Assembly: GCA_021432655.1 (NCBI GenBank)
Contig: MU271316.1
Span: forward strand, 1-64,000
Direction: 5' to 3'
Length of the DNA stretch: 64,000 nucleotides
From: Atractiella rhizophila
Lineage: Eukaryota
The stretch's first letter is position 1. Each line of letters begins with the position of its first letter. Below are positions 1-11,058 of this stretch, one piece after another. The notes beneath the pieces were generated by a model. It did not search any database and was not told the origin of the DNA. It worked only from the letters and a program-made list of their open reading frames with translations. A program made the translations under genes and the position numbers.

Positions 1-750
1 TTACTTGTTCAAGTTGGGTAATGATTATGGAGCAATCGACATTTCAATCAGTTACAATGTATGAGAACAAGGAGCCAGACGCCAAAGGCTTGAGAGGGTA
101 TTGACATATGACGAAATGAGCCAGTAGTGTCTCCCGTAGACAAACATGTCCACCGCTTCAGCTACAGCGAACTCTCTTTACAATCAACACCATTGCTCTC
201 CACCTTTGCAATTTCCATATGAATGATATATCACTTCCGCAGAGGTCCTCAAGCTCCACATGCTTCCCTTGAAAATGTTCCTGCAAACCACCCTCATCAT
301 TGCATGTTTTACAATATCGCTCACATTTATGTTACAATTACTAAAAGATGTAAAAATTGCAAGCGGTTCAGAATAGCGTAACAGGCGCCTGTCTTCCTGA
401 AAATTTCAGCAATGATCTTGTTCATTGGCACTAAAACCGTTATTGATCATCTGTTTATCGTCATATTTCACCATAAGGATTCAAAACAAGGGCTTTAATA
501 GCTCACATTTGTTCAATCATTCTTAACATATTTTCATTTTAATGGTATTACTATTAAACGTCTACATCATCTTGATCATTTGTCATACATTCAAGTTTGT
601 ATATACCCCAAATTGATTCTACACAATTGAGCCCCTCGCTTGCGAAAGTATACATCCAATGCATGCACTACTTTCAGTAGGGTATCAATCTATCCATGTC
701 TGTCGCCAATCTTTAACGGCTGCCTGGCCGCGTTTCATGAAACTATGGTT

Positions 751-1085
751 CTCAGACCCCTCTACACGAGGTGTCGATAACCTATCGACATGGGCCACTT
801 TCAACAACATTGTACTCATGAGACCCCTCTACACGAGGTGTCGATAACCTATCGACATGGACAACTTTCAACAAAATTGCTCCCCTCAGACCCCTCTACA
901 CGAGGTGTCGATAACCTATCGACATGGACCACTTTCAACAAAATTGCACATCTCAGACCCCTCTACACGAGGTGTCGATAACCTATCGACATGGGACACT
1001 TTCAATAAAATTGCACCCTTCAGACCCCTCTATACCAGATGTCGATAACCTATCGATCTGGTGCAGTTTTGCCAAAATTGCACTT
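751..1085. repeat. Tandem repeat, 67-bp unit, 5 copies, two hairpins per unit
   Basis: AGACCCCTCT recurs at 754, 821, 888, 955 and 1022 (exact 67-bp period). The 40-bp core AGACCCCTCTACACGAGGTGTCGATAACCTATCGACATGG is identical in copies 1-4. Confidence 0.95.
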
Positions 1086-1316
1086 ATCGTTAATAATGTA
1101 CAGAGAACAGATTTCTAAACTGCTATAAATTAATTTTGCAACTTTGAATGTACTTTGTTTCATTCGACATATATGCCGAGTATGAACTAAAGCTCTCCAA
1201 CGAAGCAAGGATTTCAATATATAAGTGTTTCAAGATGTCTTAGAGAGGACATTGCCTGTGCCTGCGAGTGTTTATACGTACATGATATTTTGACTGGATT
1301 GTTATTCCTATCTATG

Positions 1317-2345
1317 GCAGGGTTCTACCCTGGTCGACTAAGAGACAACAGTTTTGTAATCATGCTGTTTTTATTAGGGCAGGGTCACACCTTGGGTGCC
1401 TAGGAGGCAAGGATATAGCCAGGATCCTGTTCCTGGCAGAGGCAGTGTTGGAACCTGAGCGGCATGGAGGGGCAAGGATATAGCCAGGATCCTGTTTGCG
1501 ACACACGCAGGGTTGTACCCTAGGCGGCGAGGAGGCAAGGATGTAGGCAGAATCGTGTCCTGACACACGCAGGGTTGTACCCTAGGCGACGAGGAGGCAA
1601 GGATGTAGGCAGGATCATGTCCTGACACAGGCAGGGTTGTACCCTGGGCCGCGAGGAGGCAAGGATTCAGCCAGGATCCTGTTCCTGACACAGGCAGGGT
1701 TGTACCCTGGGCCGCGAGGAGGCAAGGATTCAGCCAGGATCCTGTTCCTGACATAGGCAGGGTTGTACCCTAGGCGGCGAGGAGGCAAGGATGTAGGTGG
1801 GATCCTGTTCCCGACAGCATCAGGTTCATACCCTGGGTGCCTAAGAGGCAAGCATGTAGCCAGGATCTTGTTCCTAACAGAGGTAAGGTTGTACCCTGGG
1901 CAGCCAGGAGGCAAGGATTCAGCCAGGATCCTGTTCCTGACAGAGGCAGGGTTGTACCCTAGGTGCCCAGGAGGCAAGGATTCAGCCTGGATCTCATTCC
2001 TGAAACAGCCAGGGTTGAACCCTAAAGTACCCTTAGTAGGCGGCGGGGAGGCAAGGATGTACACAGCATCCTGTTTCTGACAGCATCAGGTTCATACCCT
2101 GGCTGCCTAAGAGGCAAGGATGTAGGCAGGATCATGTCCTGCCATAGGCAGGGTTGTACCCTGGGCTGTGAGGAGGCAAGGATTCAGCCAGGATCCTGTT
2201 CCTGACATAGGGCAGGGTTGTACCCTAGATGCCCAGGAGGCAAGGATTCAGCCTGGATCTCATTCCTGAAAGAGCCAGGGTTGAACCCTAAAGTACCCTG
2301 AGTAGGATCTTGTTCTTTACAGAGGCAGGGTTGAACCCTAAAGTA
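1317..2345. repeat. Minisatellite, ~60-bp unit, ~16 degenerate copies
   Basis: Consensus near GGCAGGGTTGTACCCTAGGCGGCGAGGAGGCAAGGATGTAGCCAGGATCCTGTTCCTGACACA repeats at a ~60-61 bp period. The overlapping repetitive ORFs are by-products. Confidence 0.95.
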
Positions 2346-2358
2346 CTGTCAGTAGCCC

Positions 2359-2691
2359 GCATAGTTCATTCATAGCGCTTTGCCTACGAAACTGTATCAA
2401 ATGAGCAAGGCCAATATTTGACCAAACGTAGCTAATGGAGTTCAAGCACAACTCACGATGGCCTGGTGAATGGGTCCTCATGCCTCCATCCATCCAGTTC
2501 AGTGTGCCTCGATCATCGCGATGCGTTGGATGCAGTTTGCTCTGCCCTGTGGATCTCCTGTCGAGATGTACAGCTCCTCTGCCTGCTTGAATCGCTCCAG
2601 CGCTTCGTCGTTCCTCCCACATCGGAAATCAATGTCCCCCATGGATTTGATGCAGTTTGCTCTGCCCTGTGCACTTCCCATCGAGTTGTAC
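2359..2691 (-). other. 3' end (last TPR repeats, stop at 2499-2501, 3' flank) of a paralog of the NLR-TPR gene, cut by the assembly gap
   Basis: Encodes GSAQGRANCIKSMGDIDFRCGRNDEALERFKQAEELYISTGDPQGRANCIQRIAMIEAH*. The flank 2359-2500 aligns with 6627-6765. Confidence 0.85.
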
Positions 2692-2716
2692 NNNNNNNNN
2701 NNNNNNNNNNNNNNNN
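2692..2716. other. Scaffold gap (25 N)
   Basis: Run of N. Confidence 1.
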
Positions 2717-3450
2717 TTGAACAGAGATTCCCAACGATAATACGGGGTGACAATCAGAGCGCAATAATCCTCGCGAAACATCCCGCAAACCACAATCGAA
2801 CGAAGCACATCGGCGTGCATTATCACTACATGAGAGAAAGGGTTCAGGGCAAGGAAATTGCGATGAAGTGGGTCCCTACTTCGGAGATGTCAGCGGACGT
2901 GTTCACAAAAGGGTTGGGTGCTGAGCCACATTACCCTTTCTGCTCGTCGTTAGGACTGCTATGAGGGGATGGGGGATACAAGCGGGGCGTTCTATTGAAG
3001 ATGTAAGACCCGTGGAAACGGTCTGTCCAATTCTATTATCGGGTTACCATTAGAACGCTGATGTGCACGGGGGACCATCGAGACAAACACGGGGATTGAG
3101 TGGACCGAAACGGGATAGGGCATGGAGAGGCGGAAAGAGGAGGGGCACGAAGGTGGAGGAGAGGTGTGCCGCGATCGAGGAGGGGTGTTGGAGGTAGAGG
3201 TATCCAGTGTGGTACGATCACCGCACACGGGTGTACGTACGAACGGTCAATGACCTGCTCTCCCTAGGTGCTTACCACCAGGGATGAGCAGGTAGGAGTC
3301 TCGGATAATAGTCATGCTAGGTGCTTACCACCAGGGATGAGCAGATCCACACCTCCCTTCCCTGCGTCCGCTACTGCAGCTAAACTACTCGGCTGGTTCA
3401 TAAGGGCCTGACACGTCTGTTATGCCCTCGGTTCTGCTTACCCTACAGGT
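2717..3450 (+). mobile_element. Ty1/Copia LTR retrotransposon 3' end: RNase H C-terminus, polypurine tract, probable 3' LTR (right edge uncertain)
   Basis: IIRGDNQSAI...NHNRTKHIGVHYHYMRE...WVPTSEMSADVFTKGL is the Copia RNase H signature, with a stop at 2964. A purine tract GAGGGGATGGGGGATACAAGCGGGG follows. A 28-bp direct repeat lies at 3264-3291/3317-3344. Confidence 0.85.
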
Positions 3451-3899
3451 CACACGGGAGGCAATAAGCTGTCCGTTCGCTAAAATTTTAGGCTCCAGAC
3501 GATCCATCCGCCGCTCCATGCCATCTTTTTTTCTTTTCAATGACGACAACCCCAACCTGAACAAGTGCTAGTTGCCAATGATAGAGACCACTGCTTTATG
3601 ACTTGACATGTTGATTTTTCTACAAGACATCTGTCCTGCAAAAGAGCTGCCCTGTTCCCACCACGGTATGTCATGGCAAATTTTGGGAGTATTAGTAAAT
3701 TTCACTTGTCTCTGGCTTGTACTTCAACGGGTAGAGAATTGTGTCCCCCTTCAATCGGCCGTGACTTGTTCCATTGATGCATTGTAAATAAGGTGAAAGC
3801 AAGAACCCGGCCGTAAACATGATTGTGTTGTGTCTCCTGTGTCAAGCTTTGAAGGAGAAAGGAGACAAGCAGATATTAAATCTAGATGTCTTGTTGCCT

Positions 3900-4800
3900 T
3901 ACTGTCAGCCTGTCAGCAAAGTCTGAAGGTATAAGAAATGTGCTATCTCCGTCATTGCCCTGAATGCATGGTAGAGCAATGTCGCAGAGCGAAGTTGGTC
4001 AATGTGCGCAAATCAGCGCACAGAACAGAAGTTTTTGTACTTGTTTGCGCTCGTTTGCGCCAAGCGGGAAAAATGCAAAGGGACATAGCCCATACCTTTC
4101 TTCAATGTTATCTACGTCGTCTGAAATGGAAACGTACTCATGGGACTGTACTCAAAGAATAACGGAATGGCAACCAGTTTTTTACTGCTTCTCTTATGAA
4201 AGCTCCATCGTCACCATCCCCTGATTGATCCCAATGTGCATTGTGAGAGTTTCCCACTTCCAGCCCCCATCCTTTCTCCCCTTCCAATTCCACTGCCATA
4301 GCTAGACGGTAAATCCTATACCTCAATGTTGAAGCATGGGAAACCTACCAGGTAACAGCATGGGTATCAAACGTATGATGCTCTTCGAAAACACTGAGCT
4401 CTTTCTGCATGGAGAACGGGCAAAGAATCCCAAATTTGGTCTTGGAGTTTAGGCTTACCCTCCTGTTGACATACTGGCTATGAATAACTCGAACAGAGAG
4501 TGCAGCGAACGAGGTCAACGCCACTTCTGCATAACTTCCAACGAACAGCACTTTTTCTCGGCCTGGCTCTACGTCGTTGACCCCACGTTTGGGTTGAAAA
4601 GGTGTCAAATGATGGCCGGTGCTAATGATGGCCTGTGTTATGGTTCGTGCCAAATTCACAGACAAAAATTAATGCAATTGTGTTATTAGGTCAAAGCTCT
4701 TTACGAATCAAAAGGACTCTACTGTTGCAGAGCAGAGATAATCGCTGGCAAAACAGTTGACCTATCTCAATTCATACGGTTAAAAGACAACTAGTTCTCA
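3900..4800 (+). mobile_element. Possible decayed DNA-transposon relic (CxC/KDZ-like)
   Basis: Broken frames with Cys-rich pieces and fragments TYSWD...CFSYE and STVAEQ...LTYLN, loosely like CxC/KDZ transposases. Many stops. Confidence 0.2.
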
Positions 4801-6762
4801 GGTCAAGACAGCGAGACTTGGGGCCATGAGCATTATTTTTGACGATGGGCATCAAATCGATACCGAGAAGGATGAATGTGTATTAGTACCTAAGATTTAT
4901 TATTTACAATAACAGTGGTGGTAGAGATCTAGAAATACAGCATTGGGGTAATTAATCAAAAGTTATATGTTCTCTAGAATAAACTTGCCTGAACGACAAC
5001 TTATCTGAAGGACAAGAAATCTGGCAGAAATGGCGAAAGATTGCGTATTCCTATAGGCAATAAGGGTTTAGGACGAGAGCAGCATCAAGTCAAGCAAGCG
5101 AGAGCGGGCAAGAATAAATGTGACGTTATTTGGCTTTTCTTGCTTCGATTCTGCTTTGACATGTTCAAGGAAGAGGGTCAAGCCTCAACAAACATCAGCC
5201 TGTATTCTTCTTTCAGATAACTTAACACAATACCGAGGGAGCATCTCAGAAATCTAACAACTACACGTCAGATGATGTGAATACAAAGAAGATTAAACAT
5301 CCGATACGAAGGTGCTTGCAAGCTTGCGTGGAAGGCAGATTTTGAATTGAGATGCAACCAAACCGTGGTGCATTGTGTATCATCAGAGCAGATGATTGTT
5401 AACTGATGGGCACATCAGAGGATTCTTGGGCTGATTTGAGAAATCTGTGACAAAGATGATGAATGGCAGTTTGCACGCCAAGGTCAGGCCAGCATAAGTT
5501 AACCACTAGAGTATGCCTTTATTGCAGTGACTGGACCTGAAGGCCTAGTTCTATATTTCATCGTTTCTGTTGAGAACAAATGGGCAAATGTTATCCCCCA
5601 ACAACAACAAACGCGCAGTGGCTTGCTCGATGCTCACAAAGTTCCTTTTAATAAGGGTTCAATGAGACAGGGGGATCACTGTGGGTTACAGAAATGGGGA
5701 AGCATTTGGATCATGATGGCATAACTTATTTCATTCTATTGCACATGGTGAGGGAGGTGTGAGGGCTCATCCTCCTCCGCTGAAAATCCAACCAAAACAC
5801 CAATTCTTGCAGTCAGTCCTCCTGTGCTCCGACACGAACACACACTATGAAGTTCTTAGAGAAAGATCGTATGAAGACGATCCTAAAGCTGGTGCCCAAA
5901 GCGACACAGCCATTGCAGCACAGGCATGGTGACGAGAGCAGGCTGTGAGGTGGGAGGACGAGGATTCGCACTTGGAAAGGTTGAATCGTACGTGGAAAAG
6001 AAGAAATTGCAAAAGTGGTTCTGTGCGCTGGAAGTCGCGGACGGACGGCTGAGGGCAAGTGTTTCGAGTTGGAAGGAGAGCTGGACGATAGAGGTGTGGA
6101 GATTGTGGAATCAAGGGAAATTGGAGGGAAGGAGAAGGTCAACCTGCTTTCGGGAGTAGAGGAGATGGGGAGGTGGTTTGATATGCCTTCTGAGGAGAGA
6201 AAGTCATTGGGGATATCGTGGTAGATCATTGATAGCTTGGATATGGTCATGGACCATCGTACTGAAGTTGTGCTCATATGTTTGTAAGTGTCTTTGCACT
6301 TACACATGAGCAGTATGTCTATGATACAATGCCTAAACGTGGGTCTGATAACAATCTTCATCATCGACGGAGTTCTTCGTCAAGAATGTTGAAGGTTACT
6401 TTCGGGTCAAAGTTGCGTGCGCTTGTCATTAAATGATGGCGTGGAGCCAAGCCTGACCGGGTTCATGACCTCAAAGAGGATGTATTTCAGTTAGGATTGA
6501 GTGTCTACATGTCCTGAGAATCATGACTGAACGTAATTTCCTTTGATTTCTCTCTTTACATGGAGTTGACCCTGAATCCATTCGCACTTCTTCATGAAGC
6601 TCAAAAGTTCTCTTTATACGAGTTAGCATAGTTCATTCATTGCGCTTTGCCTACGAAACTGTACTAATGAGCTAGGTTAATGTTTGCCCAAACATAGGTA
6701 CTGGATATCAAGCATGACTCACGATGGCCTTGTGAATGGGTCCTCACCTCCGTCCATCCAGT

Positions 6763-9700
6763 TCAGTGTGCCTTGATCATCGGGATGCGGTCGAGGCAGT
6801 AGGCCCTACGTTGATCAGCCGTCGAGATGTACAGCTCCTCTGCCTGCCTGAATCGCTCCAGCGCTTCGTCGTTCTCCCGCATTGGAAATCGATGTACCCC
6901 ATGGATTTGATGCAGCTTGCTCTCCCCTGTGCATTTCCCGTCGAGATGAACAGCTCCTCTGCCTGCTTGAATCGCTCCAGCGCTTCGTCGTTCCTCCCAC
7001 ATCGGAAATTGATGTACCCCATGGACGCAGCTTGCTCTCCCCTGTGCACTTCCCGTCGAGATGAACAGCTCCTCCGCCTGCTTGAATCGCTCCAGCGCTT
7101 CGTCGTTCCTCCCGCATCGGAAATCGATGTCCCCCATGGATTTGACACAGTTTGCTCTGCCCTGTGGATCTCCTGTCGAGATGTACAGCTCCTCTGCCTG
7201 CTTGAATCGCTCCAGCGCTTCGTCGTTCCTCCCGCATTGGAAATCAATGTCCCCCATGGATTTGACGCAGTTTGCTCTCCCCTGTGCACTTCCTGTCGAG
7301 ATGTACAGCTCCTCTGCCTGCTTGAATCGCTCCAGCACTTCGTCATTCCTCCCGCATTGGAAATCAATGTCCCCCATGGATTTGACGCAGTTTGCTCTCC
7401 CCTGTGCACTTCCTGTCGAGATGTACAGCTCCTCTGCCTGCTTGAATCGCTCCAGCACTTCGTCATTCCTCCCGCATTGGAAATCGATGTACCCCATGGA
7501 TTTGACGCAGTTTGCTCTCCCCTGTGCACTTCCCGTCGAGATGAACAGCTTCTCTGCCTGCTTGAATCGCTCCAGCGCTTCGTCGTTCCTCCCGCATTGG
7601 AAATCGATGTCCCCCATGGATTTGACGCAGTTTGCTCTCCCCTGTGCACTTCCCGTCGAGATGAACAGCTTCTCTGCCTGCTTGAATCGCTCCAGCGCTT
7701 CGTCGTTCCTCCCACATCGGAAATCGATGTCCCCCATGGATTTGATGCAGCTTGCTCTCCCCTGTGCACTTCCCGTCGAGATGAACAGCTCCTCTGCCTG
7801 CTTGAATCGCTCCAGCGCTTTGTCGTTCCTCCCACATCGGAAATTGATGTCCCCCATGGATTTGATGCAGCTTGCTCTCCCCTGTGCACTTCCCGTCGAG
7901 ATGAACAGCTCCTCTGCCTGCTTGAATCGCTCCAGCGCTTTGTCGTTCCTCCCGCATTGGAAATCGATGTCCCCCATGGATTCGACACAGTTTGCTCTGC
8001 CCTGTGGATCATGCAGTTTGCTCTGCCCTGTGCACTTCCTGTCGAGATGTACAGCTCCTCTGCCTGCTTGAATCGCTCCAGCGCTTCGTCGTTCCTCCCG
8101 CATCGCAAATCGATCTTTGCAATGGCTTGGACACAGTCCGCTTGGTTTCTAATGCTTGTACTGTTCTTCATAGAGTCATGCAGCTCTGTTAAGGCTCTAC
8201 TAGTATACCCTCGAAAATCAAGTTCTTGTCCAAGGTAGAACTGCAAGGGACTCATCACCGCGGTGGACAACTCCTTTCTTGATAGCATTCTCTGGAGCAG
8301 TTGCGTCGTATCAAAGCTCTTGGATTGGAGGATGTTTGCATTTTTCAACATGAATGCTTCAATGCTTTCGTTCATTTCTGGAAGGTGCAGTAGACTGTCA
8401 AAAACGACTTGTTGAAGGTTCACATATTCATCCCTGAACTCCAGTAAGGCATCTTGCTTCTTTGCCCCATCAAATTGGTCGATTCTTCCTTGTGCTTTAT
8501 TCAATAGGCAATTGGTGAGGGGCCGAAGAGAATCCTCGACTCGTAAAGAGCACGGGTCGATTTGCCTCAAAACAAGTTCATTGATATATTTTCGAACTGG
8601 TGCGAGCATACGCAAGCGTCTCTTCACCCCAGGAACGTTGTCTGCAAGGCCAACATCCAGAATGGAGTCAAGGGAACGATAGTCTCCCACAAGTAACTCT
8701 TTCAAGTCGAAGAGCAGGAGACCATCTGGAGACCAAGACAGAAATGATAAGGCGAGGGAACTGCCCGGTAGTTCTTTGAGAATGGGAGATGTGAGAGAAA
8801 ATCTGAGTGATATCTCTAGAGTGGGAGTACCATCTCTGCCATCAGCTTTCTCTGAAAGAACTGCGTCGGCTCGGTGTTGCCACTCTCTGAGAAGGTCAGC
8901 TGCGCTCGAGAAAGGATCGTGACGCGCTCTCAGAGCAAAAAGGCGGATCGATAGTGGATGGTAATCCAAGCACGATAAAATGTCTTGTGTGACTGCCACA
9001 TTTTGTGGATCGCGACCATTCTCATAGAAGTGACAAAAGGTATTGGTTGCTGCTTCCTTATCCTCAGTCAGCGTGTGAATGACAACTGGCACAAAGGCAG
9101 TGTTATTCAGCTCGATATGAGGAGCACGATGCCCACGCATGGCAAGGACGAGTATGGAACCTGCTCCAGATTCCCCAACAACGGCCTGAAAGAAATGTTG
9201 CATCCGTTTCGAATCTGAATGTGCAGGTGTCTCAAAATTGTCCAAGATGAGAAGACATTTATTGCTTCGAAAAAAGTGAGCAACGGCCATCAAATCTGTC
9301 GTATCCAACTGGCGAGATAGAGTGAAAACACGGGAACACAGATGGCTCTCGAGCGCAGCGAAGGAAGTGAAGCCGTCACATCGGACCCAAAAGCGTCGCT
9401 CAACCCAAAAATCTCCCTCTTGAATTATGAAAGCAGCTTTCACAAGCTCGTCATGTAATGCAGCAAGTGCGACGGTCGATTTTCCGTTTCCGGCTAAACC
9501 TATGATTGCTACGTGCTGGCCACGTAGAATGGCGGTCCGCACATCTTCAACCTCCTTTGTTCGTCCGTAGCAAAGCCCTCGTGGCGGGACAGATTCTTTC
9601 TCATGAACCGCCACTCGAGCGGGATGAGCTGAGGGACATGTCATTACTCCATGCATGGAGGCGGATAATAAGCGTACCGAGGATTACAGATTCCGCCACG

Positions 9701-11058
9701 GCCTTCATTTCATAACGGAATCCTTCCAAATGAGCTTTCGTCTGTCCCACCACTTCCTTCATCCTCCCAAACTCGTCCCATTCGACATCACCCAGCGTGT
9801 CAACGTTGAATCGATGGTAGCAATGGCCAATCCCACGCATCCGCATTTCGTCCTTCATTGTTTTGTCGACACGAGAGCAGTCTTCGACGACTTTTTTGAA
9901 GGCATCCTCGATTTCGTTCGAAGTCGACCCAAGTTTCACTGCGGAACGAATACCAACACCCAAAGAGAGGAAACAAATGACTTCAATCCCAGCCCCCCAG
10001 ATCCTCTTTGCCTCTGTCGCAGCGAAAGAGGATGGGTTGTTGTTGCCAAACAGAACATACTCTGTCTCGTCAAGAGTGATGGGAGGAAAGAACGTCGGTT
10101 CCGCGGATGTCGCTCTCGCAGCCTCTACTATGGAGCACTCGGCAGATCCGCCACCAGAGGGGAGACGGTAAGTGCGCATCTCTAGAGGAACTACTGAGTT
10201 GGCTCGGTAAGTCGCAACGACAAAGGCTCGACATCGCTCATCAGAGTTGGGATCGAGCATTGGAAGGCTCGCGTCGCCCGAAGTGGCGAGCATCGATCTT
10301 TCGGACAATGGCGCGTGATCTCTGACAATCCTCTCCAAAACGCGTTCAAAGGCCCTGTCGGAATAAGCGGATGAGCTCTCTGCAGGGTCTGGCTTTTCGG
10401 AGAAGACTTCTTTTACGATCTCGTTGAAAGCGTGCATACACTCCCGGACAGTCATCCCCAGCCTCCCAAGCATCAAAGCAATCCATCCTCCGGTCGAAGT
10501 CCCACAGATAAGGTCGAAGAATTGGCACGGTTGAAGGGTTTGAGGGTCTGGCTTCCCAGGAAGGAGATCGGCGACTTGCTCCATAATGGCCTCGAGCATA
10601 TAAAGGCAAGAGAAAGCGCAAACACCACCATTGTCGATCGAAAGGATCCTAAGACCTTTACGGTTGACTGTCTTGATGTCAGCGAGGCGAGTCTCCAAGG
10701 TCGGGTCGATGGTACGGAGAGCGGGGGACAGAGGTTTGGGGAAGACAGATTGCGTTACCGGATCAGGTATCGTAACTCGTCCAGGGAGATCAACATCTGC
10801 CTGCATCCTCTTGTTGGTGATATAGGCCTCTTGCTCTCTCTCCCTGCCCCTCCTGTTGGGACCATGTGAACCATCTATTCGAGTATTGCTGGGCGGCTGC
10901 ATACTGCTCGAAGTGTTCGAGTATTGACTTGGAGGATGTGATGGGAGATGTTGTGCAGCTTGCAAAAGTGCATGATCTTGGAGAGGCTCGTGTTCAGAGC
11001 GGGCAACAACGAATGCATGGTGGCAGGGAGCAGGCGGAGGGTCACCGCGATTGGTCAC
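6763..11058 (-). CDS. Fungal NLR-like protein: patatin-like domain + NB-ARC/STAND NTPase + highly conserved TPR repeats; frameshifted in the repeat array; start uncertain
   Basis: Patatin motifs LRILSIDNGG, FDLICGTSTGG and ARATSAEPTFF. A phase-1 intron at 9677-9629 (GTACGC...CCTCAG) joins this in frame to Walker A GLAGNGKST and Walker B LLILDNFE, then eleven 40-aa repeats. Confidence 0.9.
6820..8115 (-). repeat. 120-bp coding tandem repeat (40-aa TPR-like units), 11 copies
   Basis: The CAGCT(C/T)CTC... anchor occurs at 6832, 6951, 7066, 7186, 7306, 7426, 7546, 7666, 7786, 7906 and 8052. Confidence 0.95.

Noticed and set aside
255..335. C2H2 zinc-finger-like peptide on the minus strand (CKTC...QEHFQGKH)
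   Set aside because: Non-canonical spacing, an upstream stop and no supporting gene.
751..1085. CRISPR array (palindromic repeat plus spacer-like linkers)
   Set aside because: The linkers are homologous to each other (CACTTTCAACAAAATTGC-like), there are no cas genes, and the context is eukaryotic.
1360..2080. Repetitive ORFs in the 60-bp array
   Set aside because: Frames shift between units; by-products of the minisatellite.
2470..2964. TPR-antisense/RNase H fusion ORF
   Set aside because: An artefact of translating through the N gap.
6736..8238. 500-aa and 336-aa plus-strand ORFs and other alternative-frame ORFs over the TPR array
   Set aside because: They are shadows of a stop-poor 120-bp repeat. 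Only the minus-strand TPR frame connects to NB-ARC.
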